DNA from: Fistulifera solaris
Taxonomy: Eukaryota
Reading direction: 5' to 3'
NCBI GenBank assembly: GCA_030295235.1
Contig: AP026162.1
Span: 2,480,001-2,544,000 of the forward strand
DNA: 64,000 nucleotides
The notes beneath the pieces were generated by a model that saw only the letters and a program-made list of their open reading frames with translations, had not been told where the DNA came from and did not search any database. Positions 10,991 to 24,400 of the stretch are shown here, in pieces. The position numbers were made by a program, and so were the translations under genes. The first letter of the stretch is position 1. Every line of letters begins with the position of its first letter.

Positions 10991-13792
10991 ATGAGACGAC
11001 AGCATGCCTCTTTACACGCTCTCCGCTGGTCTTTTATTTTAATTTCACTGCTCGTGGTGATTGCTCCTGTTCCGGCTTTTCTTGTTTCTCAACAACGATG
11101 CAGTCGACGCAGAGCAAACTCATGGTGCAATCGAGTAGCGGTGTTGAAAGAAAACGACGCCGCTGAAACAGCAATTAACACGACGGCATTATCGGAACAA
11201 GGCTTGAACATGAGCGATTTGTCAAAAATTAACGGATCATCGCAGGGCATAAACATCACCGACATTAGTCAAAATGAAACGATTGTTACCCCCGAAGATT
11301 TTATGATGGATTTGGTCAATGAAATTAACGAACGCATACTGAACGGGACGGCTCAGCTGCTTGGAGATTTGACCGAAAACTTGGACGAAAAATTGATGGG
11401 CTTACCAGACACTACCACTGCTAGTGAAATGTCTTCGTACTTGGTCGAATTTGCGAATCGGATGCAAAAGGCGCAGGAGATGGAGTTGCAAAAGCAAGTT
11501 AGAGAAATGGAAAAACGATTTATTGAGCCGTTTGAAGAACTGGCGTTTGCCGACGTGCCACTTTGGAAAACCAATAAGGCTGCGGTAGATTCGACGAGCT
11601 CGTCGGAGATGTCGACTATGGAACCCAGCGATTTGGTGCTCTTGGGGAAGAATTCCACTATACCGGAAACACGCAAGATGCGAACAAGTGAGATATTGCG
11701 AAACTTCAATGTCGCTCCTTTTTACTATTCTATTGCACTGTTTTCAAGGTGGGCGCAAAAGGCTTCGTTTCCTTCGATATATGTCATGTCTCTGTATAAA
11801 TGGCTAGCTAGTCTGATCAAGAGCAACAACAACGGCAAAAGCGGAACTAACGTTTATGGTGGTGAAACGTTGCAAGCCGGATGGAAGAGAACGGGAGAGA
11901 TTGCCGCCAAGGGACCGATGGCGCGGAAATGGGCAATTTTACGACGATCCGCTGAGATTTGGGCGTACTTTTCGTCGTTTTATATCAAAGATCGGCGAAT
12001 CGTATCCAAATACAACCGAGGACAATGGTCCGAAGAAAAGTTCAAAGAGGAGCGTCGAAAACTGGGAGCAGAAGTGACACAGAATTTGCTAAAATTGGGA
12101 CCTACATTCATCAAAGTCGGTCAGTTGTTTAGTACACGCATTGACATCGTTCCGCCAGAATACATCGAAGAGCTGAAGCTACTTCAAGATCAAGTTCCTC
12201 CCTTTTCGGGTGATTTGGCTGTTGAAATTGTGGAAAGAGAACTCGGGAAGCCGATAGGCGAATTATTTGATGAATTCAATCGAACATCACTGGCTGCGGC
12301 GTCGTTGGGACAAGTTCATGTTGCTCGTAAAGGCAATCAACTTTTAGCTGTTAAAGTCCAGCGCCAGTACTTACGCGAGCTGTTTGAAGTTGATTTGGGC
12401 CAGCTAAGACAAGTTGCTGTTTTTGCAGATGCTTTAGATTTGCAGTCTGAAGGTGGTCTATTGGATCGCAACACCAAACGAGACTGGGTTAGTGTCTTTG
12501 AAGAAAGCAAGCGCCTTTTATACGAAGAAATCGACTATTTAAACGAAATGAAGAACTGCGATAGATTTCGTAAAAATTTCGATGGATACAAGTTTCGATA
12601 TATACGGGCCCCCATGACATACCCCGAATTTACGACAGAAAAAGTCATGGCCATGGAGTTTCTACCGGGAATCAAGGTGACTGACAAGAAAAGATTGATT
12701 GAGGAGGGCCTGGATCCGGTTGATATTAGTGTCAAGATGGCCGAGGCTTTTCTAGAGCAGCTTTGTCGCCATGGCTTCTTTCATAGTGACCCTCAGTACG
12801 TACCAGCAAAGGCGTATTGATTCGAGGACTGTTTGTGTCATGTCATCTAACATGTGTTTTCCGTCAGCCCTGGAAATGTTGCCGTGGAGCGCGCGGAGAA
12901 TGGAGAAGCTCGATTGATCTTCTACGACTTTGGTATGATGGATTCGTTTGGAGAAGTTCAGCGAAAGGGTTTAGTAGATTTCTTCTTTGCTGTTTACTAC
13001 GACGCGAATGTTCGCGACGCTTGCAATGCATTGGAGCGGCTGGGAATGCTACGGACAGGACCCGATATTGACCGTATAGCCGTGGAACGCGTAGGACAGG
13101 ATTTCATTGATCGATTTCAGGAAACACTAAAGAGAGACGCAACATGGGAGAATGAGCTAAGTGAACAAGAACGTCAACGAATCAACAGGGATCGACGCAA
13201 AAAATTGGGCGAAGAGTTTCTTTCACTGAACCGCGATTCACCATTTGTCTTTCCACCGACTTGGACGTTTGTTTTCCGAGCATTCTTTTCTATCGATGGA
13301 ATTGGCAAAACTTTGAACCCGAAATACGATTTGACCCGACTGACTCTGCCTTATCTCAAGGAATTGTTGGATTTGAAAGACGGAAATGCCATCAAAACGA
13401 CTCTTCTACGAATCGGAAAACGCCTTGGCTTACGACCAATCGATATCCAGCAAGCTTTTACGCAACCTAGAAGAGTAGCCAATGTTGAAGATATCTTGAC
13501 TCGATTAGAGAAGGGTGATTTCAAACTAAGAGTCCGAGCATCCGAACTAGAACGAGAACTGGAACGAAGCAAAATATTACAGCGAGGTACCCTAGAAGCA
13601 GTTTTATCGGGTGTTCTGCTGCAGAGTGCACTGACGTTAATGTCAGTCGGCAACAGTGGGAGATGGGTTGTTCCTGCCAGTCGAACTATCATCGGCGTGG
13701 CAGCGGTATTAGCCGTTCGAGTACCCTTGGCAATGCTTCGTATTCGAAAACTTGACAAATACAATGAACGATATGGCGTATCTAAGAGATAG
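10991..13792 (+). CDS. ABC1/UbiB atypical kinase (plastid ABC1K7/8-like); intron 12796-12867
   Basis: [30 protein letters not shown] motifs; splicing restores DPHPGN; DFGM; signal peptide ending PAF. Confidence 0.92.
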
Positions 13793-14091
13793 AAACTGGT
13801 TTTGCTCCTCTAGACTAAGTTTTGCTAAGTTTATATCGCTTACTGAGCGCAGGGCGAATCATAGCTTTTAGCGACATCGTAGCGGTACTTACAATAAAGT
13901 ATCACGTGCGAAAGTTCTTGTATCTGTAATCTAAGGTGTCTGTACACAAATTTTTTAAGACGTTTCGTATTTAATTTGCATTTCCGTAATTACTCGCCAA
14001 ACGATAATTCCTTCCGACGACAATTTCGCCATCACAAAAGGGGACGCAAAAACCTCCTTCCGGCAAAGGAATGCATTAGAATACCTCTGAG

Positions 14092-15297
14092 ATGACAACA
14101 ATGTCAAGTTTACTTCCAGAGATGACATCGAAAGATACCGCAAACGCATCAACGTTTCGGATTACTGGCGTATCACCATACAGGGTTGAAAGTTGGTCCT
14201 CATCCAGTTATCGTCATCCATCAGAAGACACTTTCCAAGCAGCAGAAATACCAATACGCAGTACTGTTCAGAATAAGTATGAGGAACGGGGCATTTGTCG
14301 TCAATCTGCCGGTATCGAAGAAAATCGATTTGTTTCGCCGATGCAATCAACAGTTTTCCAGTCGAGCCTCGTCCGAGGCATAGAGGAGTCTACGAAAAGC
14401 GAGGAAACGCGAGAATCCCCTAACATGGAGTCGACAATACAGTCATTGACCGACTCGGGCTGTCAGCAATACGAGTTTGGACGTTACGAAAGTGCCGAAT
14501 CGGAGTTTAGGGAGGCCTTGCAAGCGTCTCAAGAATCGTCACTCCACGTGGCCGCCGTGCTCTGTGGAAATCTAGGCGCGACTCATCTACAGCTAAGGAA
14601 CTACAGCAGGGCCAAACTGTATTTGCAAAAATGTTTACAGTGGAAAAAAGAAGGCAAATCGGCTACCGCATTTGATGTCTTGATGAACTTGGGAAATCTG
14701 ACAGCGTGTGAAAGCTTGGAAGAAAGTGTAGATTGGTATCACATGGCGGTAGAAGAGCTAGAATCCACCCAAGGTAGTGAGGAGGACTGGGCAAATGTCC
14801 TTTTCAATTTAGGTCGACTGTACGTGCAACACCAACAATGGGAAACAGCAAGAAAGTTTTTAGAAGAAGCTTATCATTGGACGAAAGAAGCTTACGGTGA
14901 AGATCATAACTCGATGGCAGAAACATTCGATTTATTGGGGCTTGTTCACATGGCGCAACACCATTACGACGAAGCACTAGTTGCGTTCACCCGAGCTATG
15001 GCAATTCATCGACATGCCAAGGGTCCCTTTCACCGAAACATAGCACAATCATTACTCAATATGGGGCTGTTGCGTGAGTGTCAGGGTGAATGGTCCGAAG
15101 CCTGGGAGGCTTACACTACTGCACACGATTTATTGCTTCGATTACGTACAAAACAGAATGATCCATTGCTCGAAATGATTTGTCAAAGCATGAACACAGT
15201 CGAAGTTTGGATTGCTAGACAAACCCGAGACCGAATGCTACAAAGATCAAGATCGGCACGCACACAATACAGAGCTGCGTACGCGTCAACAATATAA
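14092..15297 (+). CDS. Tetratricopeptide-repeat protein (kinesin light chain-like TPRs)
   Basis: Repeated NLG/NMG-centred helical repeats (e.g. ANVLFNLGRLY, AQSLLNMGLL). Confidence 0.75.
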   Translation: MTTMSSLLPEMTSKDTANASTFRITGVSPYRVESWSSSSYRHPSEDTFQAAEIPIRSTVQNKYEERGICRQSAGIEENRFVSPMQSTVFQSSLVRGIEESTKSEETRESPNMESTIQSLTDSGCQQYEFGRYESAESEFREALQASQESSLHVAAVLCGNLGATHLQLRNYSRAKLYLQKCLQWKKEGKSATAFDVLMNLGNLTACESLEESVDWYHMAVEELESTQGSEEDWANVLFNLGRLYVQHQQWETARKFLEEAYHWTKEAYGEDHNSMAETFDLLGLVHMAQHHYDEALVAFTRAMAIHRHAKGPFHRNIAQSLLNMGLLRECQGEWSEAWEAYTTAHDLLLRLRTKQNDPLLEMICQSMNTVEVWIARQTRDRMLQRSRSARTQYRAAYASTI

Positions 15298-15311
15298 GTT
15301 AATTAAGTATC

Positions 15312-15614
15312 TCACTCCGATTTGGATGTGTTGTCTTTCACATGATCGTACAAACCTTGTTCGAGCCACACATCTTCGTCCGTCTTCTTCACATTCGCTC
15401 GTCCCTTTTTTCCGTCCTTGCGAGGAGGAAGACGATTCTTGACGCGACGTTCCATAGCCTGCCACATCGGCTGTAAATCTTCATCCCCTTTTATTATTTG
15501 CGCCGGTTCAAGAAATTTGCGCTTCAACTTGTCGAGTTGATCCTTTCTCCATGATGGGGGAGGCGTTGTTAGTAATCTCCTTTGCAAGCAATTTTGTGCC
15601 GTTCGTTTCCACAT
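15312..15614 (-). CDS. Small hypothetical protein, possible mitochondrial presequence
   Basis: 100-aa ATG-initiated ORF with Arg-rich N-terminus, convergent with the TPR gene. Confidence 0.6.
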   Translation of the reverse strand: MWKRTAQNCLQRRLLTTPPPSWRKDQLDKLKRKFLEPAQIIKGDEDLQPMWQAMERRVKNRLPPRKDGKKGRANVKKTDEDVWLEQGLYDHVKDNTSKSE

Positions 15615-16264
15615 TTTACTCTATTCCTTGAACCTTTTTGAGATGTATGCTATAATGATCGAACGATTATGTTGCGATGGCAAATAGATAATTTGAATTC
15701 AACAATAGGGAGTGGGAATGATCTTCCAAAATCGAAAATGCGGTCGATCATCGAGAGCGAACGCGATCGAGACTAGTGACTTCTTTAGTCCCGGAAAGAG
15801 TACGAAATCCTATGACGAGAGAGGAGAAAAAATACCGTAGCGTAGTACCTGGTAGCGATCTAGACCATCGACGTCACTAATCTTTCCGAATCATATTCTG
15901 TTCTGACCTATAGGGTGCTGTATGATGATCTCACAAGAAAGGGTGCCTTGAAGGATGAATCTGTGGAAGATAATCACGTCACGAGAAATTGCTGGTTTCT
16001 TTTGCGACTCTTGGCTGCAAGGAACGCGAAACATCACCCTCATTTTTCACCGTAATTGCTGAGTGCTAAAACAAATGTGGATAATAAAACAAGCATCTAA
16101 AGCAGCAACAAGAGCTAGAGTCTCAATAACAAAATCATTGTCTTAGTCTAACATTACAGAGAAAGGGTGTCATACGTTCTTGATACATATATATTTAAAT
16201 AATTTATGAGCTAGACTATTCACTCAATTACTCATTCGTCAATCAGCGTCTTTTATTGTTTCGT

Positions 16265-16522
16265 TTAGTACTTTGATTTCTTCATGACGAATTCGCTTTT
16301 ACCGGTCGGTTCTTGACCCATTAAATGTTCGCCATCGGGGCGTAAGGAGCGATCGATTTTGAGAAAGTCCAATGTCGGTCCTTTCTTGGAATTTGCATCA
16401 TTCTGGAAAAAAAACGAAAACGTGCGTCAGCTAACGAGCCAAGCAGGCAAACGTCGCGTCGGACAGTACTAGCACTCATTTTTCTTTTGTCGCACCTTGT
16501 GGTCGTTGTCGGGCTTTTCCAT
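16265..16522 (-). CDS. Small two-exon hypothetical protein (54 aa), not in ORF track; intron 16403-16495
   Basis: ATG at 16522, exon MEKPDNDHK, GT donor, branch-like CTGAC plus polypyrimidine TTTTTTTTCCAG acceptor, exon 2 NDANSKKGPTLDFLKIDRSLRPDGEHLMGQEPTGKSEFVMKKSKY* in frame. Confidence 0.55.
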
Positions 16523-17030
16523 TGCGACTAGGATGCTTCTCCGAGAAGTCTCTTCACTACTGTATGCTTTGATTATGTTGCTGTTCGATGATTATTGTGA
16601 GAGGAACAAAACGACGAGATGAATGATGTTCTGTTTTTTTGTTGCGCGCAAAGAAAAGCAACGAACGCGATCTCCGACGACGACTTACATTGCTGTTGAT
16701 AGTACGGTGTCAGCGAATCTCGTACTATCTGTTAAATAGTGGTCCCAGTCTTGTTCCGTGTTCCACGTTGGCTCAATGAGTTGCGTTGGCTAACCCAAAA
16801 AAAACAGAACGGGACTGCTAGATAAAATTCTGTCCCGGACAGTCCGTTCGCCTCACCTACATGTTCTGTTCTTCAACCGTCGCTCCGCCGACGCGATAGC
16901 CGATAGATGATTTATGGATTTATTGCAACACTGCTAGTCTATTTCAACCTTACCATTGCAATCCTTTGTTTTTTTATTTTCTTTTATTACTTTTTTAAAG
17001 TCATTGTCAACAACAACCCGCGAGTTCAAA

Positions 17031-17809
17031 ATGTCAGTCGTCGGAAACAACCGCATCGGAATTCCCATTGTCGTTTTGCACGACGCTGAAGGCGCCGTCG
17101 TCGAAGTCGAGACGATTCACGGCGAATGGATCCGCGGCTTGCTGTTTGAAGCCGAAGACATGATGAATTTGTACATCAAAAATGCGGTGATTGTCGACAG
17201 TACTCAACGGAAGCGCAAGACACCGCAAGTTTATGTGCGAGGTTCCGAAATTCTCTTTATTGTTTTGCCGGAAATGCTTCAGCATGCTCCGATGTTTCAG
17301 CGGTAGGTACTTTCAGGGGATGTTGACGCGTATGTGTGTAGGTGTTTGCGTGCGTGCTATAAATGCTTTGTGATACTGTACGGCATAAATGTGGTTTTTG
17401 TCGACGTGTTCGAGGTTTGCCAGGCGTTGTAGGTTGTGTCCTTGTGTTGATAAAGAAAGCACCGGGCGAGTGTCAGGTGAGTGCAGGCTTTGTTTAAACA
17501 CTTGACTGAATTCCTTTGTCTCACACTGAAATGCCTTATTTTTGCAGCATTCGGCATTGGCGTAAACACGGAGGTGCACCCCCGGAAGGGGTAGGACAAG
17601 CTGTCGGACAAGCCGCTGCCATTATTCGCAAAGCCACGGAGCGACGTGGACGAGGCGGATTTGGTGGCGGCGGAGGCAGCAGAGGAGGTTTCGGTGGCGG
17701 AGGGAATTTTGGAGGAAGAGGCGGCTTTGGTGGCGGGGGAAACTTTGGAGGAGGACGCACTGGAATGGGACGAGGCGGACCGCCGCCTGGTCCGTACGGG
17801 CCTCGATAA
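17031..17809 (+). CDS. SNRPD3: Small nuclear ribonucleoprotein Sm D3; intron 17303-17547
   Basis: IGIPIVVLHDAEG, RGLLFEAEDMMN, VYVRGSEILFIVLPEMLQHAPMF; RG/GG-rich tail after splicing. Confidence 0.92.
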
Positions 17810-18123
17810 TGCAGATTTGGCCCTTTCTCTGTAGGCTACCCCTATTAGCATATAAGTCGTTATTTAGCTTTTGATCTTAGTATTCACTGTTTCGTATTCT
17901 TGCTGTTATATCCTACGATGCTTTCCAGGATCGCACCTAGCCAACCTGCGGTCTTGCCGTGCCTCCTTCCGTCGTCTGCCCTTCTCGTCTTCGGCTTTTG
18001 TTGCGGCTCCAACAAAAAATCCTCGTTTCGACAATACACAAAATCCATTTTCTTCATCAACTTGACTCTACAAAATCAATTCAAATACAACACCATTTCA
18101 TCAATCCACAAATTAATATTATC

Positions 18124-18918
18124 ATGACATCTATGCAAATCGACAGCGCGACAGTGGACGCCGAAGCCTTGGTGGCTCCGGCGATACGGGGCGGCCTCTC
18201 CCCAGCGCCGCCCGATTATTCCGAGTTTACCGCACCATGGCCAATTTACTCGAACAGCGGGGCTACATGGTTCCCAAAGATCTACGAGAAATCACTCCGG
18301 CTCAATTTCAACAAAAATTTGGTAATGATTCCATCAATCGGGAAACACTGACCTTGTTGGTGGAAAAGGCCGATGATGAACACGATCAATTGTTTGTATT
18401 TTTCCCCGAAGATGAAAAAGTCGGAGTCAAGCCGATCAAAGTGTATACGGATCGTATGCGTGCGGAAGGTACGATCGTTCTGAGTGCACTGAATCGCGGA
18501 GGCGTCTTTCTGTGACTTGTTTTGCTTCGGTTTCTCTCACTACGCTGTACTTTGCACTCCTTTTCTTCGTTTTAAAGGCGTCTCCAACGCCATCATGGTC
18601 CTCAAAGTCGATATCACACCCTTTGCGAAACAGGCAGTCCAAGAAATGAGTGACTCGTTTCGCATGGAACATTTCAAAGAAAGCGAATTGCTTGTTGACA
18701 TTACCCAACATCAACTGGTGCCGCAACATCAAGTTTTAACGGCCGCCGAAAAGGCCGAATTGCTGAAACGGTATCGATTGAAGGACACGCAATTGCCGCG
18801 AATTCAGCCAAATGATCCCATCGCACGTTATTACGGAATGAAGCGAGGACAAGTCGTCAAAATTATTCGACCGAGTGAGACGGCGGGTCGGTATGTCACG
18901 TACCGCGTTTGTATGTAA
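18124..18918 (+). CDS. RPB5: RNA polymerase I/II/III common subunit RPB5; intron 18469-18577; probable frameshift near 18200
   Basis: RLFRVYRTMANLLEQRGY, KVGVKPIK, LLVDITQHQLVPQH, QLPRIQPNDPIARYYG, SETAGRYVTYR. Confidence 0.95.
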
Positions 18919-19755
18919 TAGAAACGCTACGGGTACTATAAACAACCTATTTAGAGTTCAAAGATACCTGGGCGAAAAAGGGAGTGGTTCATTCAGTCTA
19001 GGGTTAGTACGTTTTATGAAGGTAGCAATATAGCTGAATGAAACGTAAACTCGTGGCCTCGAAAAACTAAAGCTTAGCTCTCCTTCAACTGGTGGCAAAA
19101 ATCGTAGATGAAAAAATAAATAATATGATACCGTTACTTCGTTGAAGTTGAGCTTCGGCCCAAATAAACACTGTTAAAAAGGTAAAATAAGTTCTAATAG
19201 ATTTCGACAACAACTCTTGAAAGCTAGATAGTTCGTGGATCTCTAGAGACTGATGGTGGTATCAAGATAAAGTGAACCGTCAGCCTCACTCTAGAGAGAG
19301 CCATGGCCTTTACTAATAGCTAGAACCTTCTTCCTAGAGCTCCCTAGCTAGAGATGCGTCTACCTTTCGATTCATTCGTCATCAATATTTTAGTCGCAGT
19401 GGTTCACAACGTGGAGATTTCATGTTACACGTATTGAAACTTGTCCTTTATAGTATTCTACACGGAAAGATTCCTTCGAATGAATGGTCCGCTCCGATAA
19501 TGTCGCAGCGCGAAGCCTTTTTGTGTGGTGGTGAAGATTTCACGCCATCGGTGCGATCGCCAACTTGCGGCACGTTCCTACTGAAGGAGGGTAGAGTCGA
19601 TGCGTTAGTGTGCCTTATTGTGTGTCATTGGAAGTACGTGTATCCTTTCGCGGATTTTTTTTCTCTTTCGGGCTCCCCATCGAAAAAGACATTCTCTCTC
19701 ACAATTTTTCTTGTTCGTTGCAAACAATAAAGTCGTATAAACACACACATTCACC

Positions 19756-21391
19756 ATGTCTACTGGAGATTACAAAGGTAAGCAACTTATAATGTCGATT
19801 GTGCGTTAGTTTTGGGAAGCGAAAGGTTCCAGGAAGATTCAAGCGCCGAAGGAAGAATGTTTTCGTCGAATGCCGATTGTCATTGCTGTCAATGATGTAT
19901 CGCAGAAAAACTCTTCTTTGACGATTTCTCTGACACAAACCGCTGTTATTCTTCTTAAAATCAGTCGCTGATATCAGCCTTGCCGATTACGGTCGCAAGG
20001 ACATTCAACTCGCCGAGGTTGAGATGCCTGGTTTGATGGCCTGCCGTGAGGAATTTGGAACCACCAAGCCTTTGCAGGGTGCTCGTGTTTCTGGAAGTTT
20101 GCACATGACCATTCAGACTGCCGTTCTCATTGAGACCCTCAAAGAGATGGGAGGTGACATTCGTTGGTGCTCGTGCAACATTTTCTCGACGCAGGACCAC
20201 GCCGCCGCCGCCATTGCCCGTGATGAGTCGGCCGCCGTCTTTGCGTGGAAGGGAGAGTCTTTGGAAGAATACTGGGAGTGCACGTTGAATGCTATCACTT
20301 GGCCCAATGATGATGGCAAGGGTCACGGACCTGATTTGATTGTCGATGACGGTGGAGATATGACTCTTTTGATTCATGAGGGAAAGAAGGCCGAAGATCA
20401 ATTTTTGAAGGACGGCACTTTGCCCGATCCGGAATCCACCACCAACGCCGAATTCAAGATTGTGTTGGGAATCATCAAGCGTCTTCTCGAGGCTGGTGAA
20501 ACCGACAAGTGGAACAAGATTGCTGCTCGCTGTAAGGGTGTTTCGGAGGAGACCACCACCGGTGTCCACCGCCTTTACACCATGGAGAAGAACGGAAGCC
20601 TCCTCTTCACCGCCATCAACGTGAACGACTCTGTCACCAAGTCCAAATTTGATAACCTTTACGGATGCAAGCACAGTTTGCCCGATGGTATCATGCGTGC
20701 TACTGATGTCATGTTGGCCGGAAAGAAGGCCGTCATTTGCGGATACGGAGATGTCGGCAAGGGCTGTGCCGCCGCCATGCGCGCCAATGGCTGTGTTGTC
20801 TTTGTTACTGAGATCGATCCTATCTGCGCCTTACAGGCCTGCATGGAAGGATACACTGTCACCACACTCGAGGATGTTTTATCTACGGCCGATATCTTCA
20901 TCACCACCACCGGTAACAAGGGTATCATCATGAAGGAGCACATGCACCAAATGAAGAACAACGCCATTGTTGGTAACATTGGTCACTTCGACAACGAAAT
21001 CGACATGGACGGTATCCTCTCTTCTTGCGAACGTATCAACATCAAGCCCCAGGTGGACAAGTTCGTTTTCCCCGACACTGGAAAGGGTGTGATCGTTTTG
21101 GCCGAAGGTCGTTTGCTTAACTTGGGTTGCGCTACTGGTCACCCTTCCTTCGTGATGAGCTCTAGTTTTACCAACCAGGTTTTGGCCCAAGTCGAACTCT
21201 GGGTCGAGAAAGACTCGGGCAAGTACCAAAGCGGCAAGGTGTACGTTCTCCCCAAGACTTTGGACGAGAAGGTCGCTCGTTTGCATTTGGGTTCGTTGGG
21301 TGCTAAATTGACTGTATTGACCAAGGAACAGTCCGACTACATTGGCGTGCCCGTTGAAGGCCCCTTCAAGCCTGATACCTACCGTTATTAA
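19756..21391 (+). CDS. AHCY: S-adenosylhomocysteine hydrolase; intron 19778-19964
   Basis: [67 protein letters not shown]. Confidence 0.97.
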
Positions 21392-21496
21392 GCTGTATAC
21401 ATACACCGTGATGAATCTTTACTAATAAGATGCACGCATTTATTGTTCTCTTATCGTTTAGAAAGCCTCAAAACTCAATACTGTTTATACTTTATT

Positions 21497-24400
21497 TCAA
21501 AACTGCGTACTATCTAGGACCGACGATGAAAAGATACCATGGTCGCAATACTCCATGTAATTATTCCGAAGATGATTTGCTTTGGCTTGAGCTCCCCACG
21601 ATTCATAGCATTCATGAGCCAGCTCGAAATGGTGAGATGCCCAATACAAATCCTTGTGGTCCAAACAGGCAATGGCTGCGCGTTCGTGTGCCAGAGCTCG
21701 GTCTTGCAAAAATCCATTGCGACTGGATAGAGCGATGGCGACACCATACAGGCGTTTTGCCTCTCTTATTCTGCCCCTCAGGGCCATGCGCTCTGCTGCT
21801 AGTAGGTCAACCATATGGATACAGTTGATATTGCCTGCTTTGCTTAATCTGGAAACTCGCTTGGCGATGCTATCGCCTCTCTTCATCCATTTCAATCGGA
21901 GGCGTCTCGACTTAATATGATGCCGAGCCAAGGCATAATAAGCCATTCCACGATAAAACACGTGACGGGGCTGCATCGCTGACCCCATCATGTGACTTTC
22001 AAGACCTTCTGAACGGCGTAATAAATCAGGCAGAAGGTCGTAAGCAGCGAACAAATATGCCAATTGCATCTTAAGATCGAAAATCTGGCTCAAAATTGCC
22101 GAATTCCTTGCTTCTCGACAAATTTTCATTATCTCTCCCTCATCCATTGCATCACCGGTGAGGATCAAACGATTGGGCGTTGAAGGGTGGCCGATCAAAT
22201 TTAGTGCCTGTTGCCAAAACAATGCAGTGATATTCCGTACTCCAAGTTGTTTATAATCCTCCATCGTCTCCACAAACTTGCGCATTTCCCTCTCAAGACT
22301 GTTGAGCTCAACCGCCCCATGCAGTGCAAAAATGCAGTAATTTTGTAGGTTGAACATAGCATTTTCGATATCGCCATTTTCCAAGCCAATTCGATAGCCT
22401 TCTAGACTTGGCTTCAGCATCGAGTAAACAGGATAAGTCCAATGGTATATGAACCCGTGCACAAGAAAAATAACCCTAGCTGCTATCTTCTTTGATGCAG
22501 CTCGATCCAAAGTCTTCAAGGCAAGCTTGCCTTGTTCGTGACCTTTCGCAGGTCAAAACGTTTCCCACACAAAAATACTCCATAAAAAGCAAAAGCCGAC
22601 GGCGAAAAATCCCCCACACCATACAGTAGGCACGCTTGCACATGTCGGAACGTCAGAAAGGATAGGTAAGTTGGATTAGTCAAATAAAGTCCTGTGCACA
22701 TGAGATCCATCAATCCAGTTGCGTACACATGAAGCGAGTTTTCTAGCAAGGGTAAATTGTCAAGTTCTTGGGAGGAGAAGCTGTTCGTCAATCTGGCTGT
22801 TTTGATATATTCCACAGCTGCACCAAACGCGCTGACCGAATACGGCAATTTTTTAGTTTCAAGATCATTTATTAAGCCGATCGCCAAATGGAAAATTTCT
22901 TCATACTTGCACCGAGCATTCAAGGACGAAAGGATCGTGAGATACGGTCGCAATTTGTCGTGAAGGGGTACTCCTTCGCGTTGTATGATTTCATCAGCAT
23001 ACTGCTGCATCTGCTCGAAGCGACCCATGCAATATGCGCACTCAGCTGCAGAGGAGAAGATATCCAAAGTTGTCTTGTACAAATGATCTGCCCAACAAGT
23101 TTTATTATCTTGTAGCCTTATCGCGGTCGTAAAGTATGAGGCCGCAGCAAGATACCCTGAAGACGCCATCGCCTGTGAGCCGCAAGTTTCATATTACGAG
23201 CAGTGAGCTACGCGCAAGGTAAGCTGACCGAATAGACGCATACCGACTTACTTTCTTTCCTGAGCGGTAATTAAGATGGTAGATGCGGTCCCTCTTGCTA
23301 ACATCATTGCTAATGAGCGAGAGACCTCCGTTACAAAGATCCGTCGCTAGGAACAAATATCCAGCGTCGCATTCTTCTTCATCTTTTTCCAGCAGAGCTT
23401 CCCCTATTGTCAGGTTCCAAAAGCCTTTGCATTCTGACGGAATAAGCTCGTACGAGGAACTCAGTATCTGATCGTGAACAAACCGAAACTGAGGATCAGT
23501 GGTCGTGAGGCGCTCGAGTAAGCCCATCAGTATCAGTGATTCTATCGTCGACATAATATCATCTTCATTAGTTACATCCAGCGTCTGATCGACTGCATGC
23601 AAGGACTTCATTCCAATAACAAGAGTCCGCAAAGAAAAACGGCTGCCAAGACAAGCAGCGACCTTCAATACCAACTTCTCCGAAAAATCCAGCGTTAGCA
23701 ACATTTTTCGCAGAAAATCTGAAACATTGTCGGTAACATGCATCAACTCGTCAACGAGCTTATCATCCCATTGCCACTGGACTAAGGAAAGATTGAAGGT
23801 AAGAATCTTTTTATCTTTCAAGTTGTGAAGAAATTGCATAACGAAAAATGGATTGCCATTTGTTTTCCGGTGGACGATTTCCGCCAATTTCGCCGTATGA
23901 TCCGCTTCTGATCGAAGCGCGTCACTCAATAGATTGTTGAGGTCCGAGCAGTTCAAATCGCGCAGCTTGATCACATCCACCGAAACACCTAGAGCTTGAA
24001 TATTTTTCATGATAGTACCAATGTCTTCTCTGTCGTGTTTTCGCTCTGTACCTATCACTAGAAGGTTTTTATTGTGACGATCTGTCGTTAGGCTTTCGAG
24101 AACATCTAACGAAGCTGTATCGGCCCATTGCAGATCATCCAAGAACAAAATAAACACCGGTGCATAGAACTGACAAATGACTCTTATAAACTTGCGGAGA
24201 AGGAACAGCAATCGATTTCTCTCCTCAATGAGACCCAGATTACTTTCGCAAAGGACATCAGACTCTTGACTCGCTTTTTTGTGAAATTTTCTGTGAAAAA
24301 GGGGGTCCAAGTTGGGATTCCAGCTAGTCAACACTTTTTCTTGCCCTCCAAACTCGGTTTTTAACATTGACCGGAGTAAATTGAGTTGCTCTTCATCTTC

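Noticed and set aside
19886..19936. Possible box C/D snoRNA in the SAHH intron (TGTCA-ATGATG...CTGA-CA)
   Set aside because: Only ~45 nt, imperfect C box, and the CTGAC coincides with the expected branch point
19961..21406. Long antisense ORFs opposite SAHH (and similar shadow ORFs opposite other genes)
   Set aside because: Expected by-product of strong codon bias in highly expressed genes; no independent protein motifs
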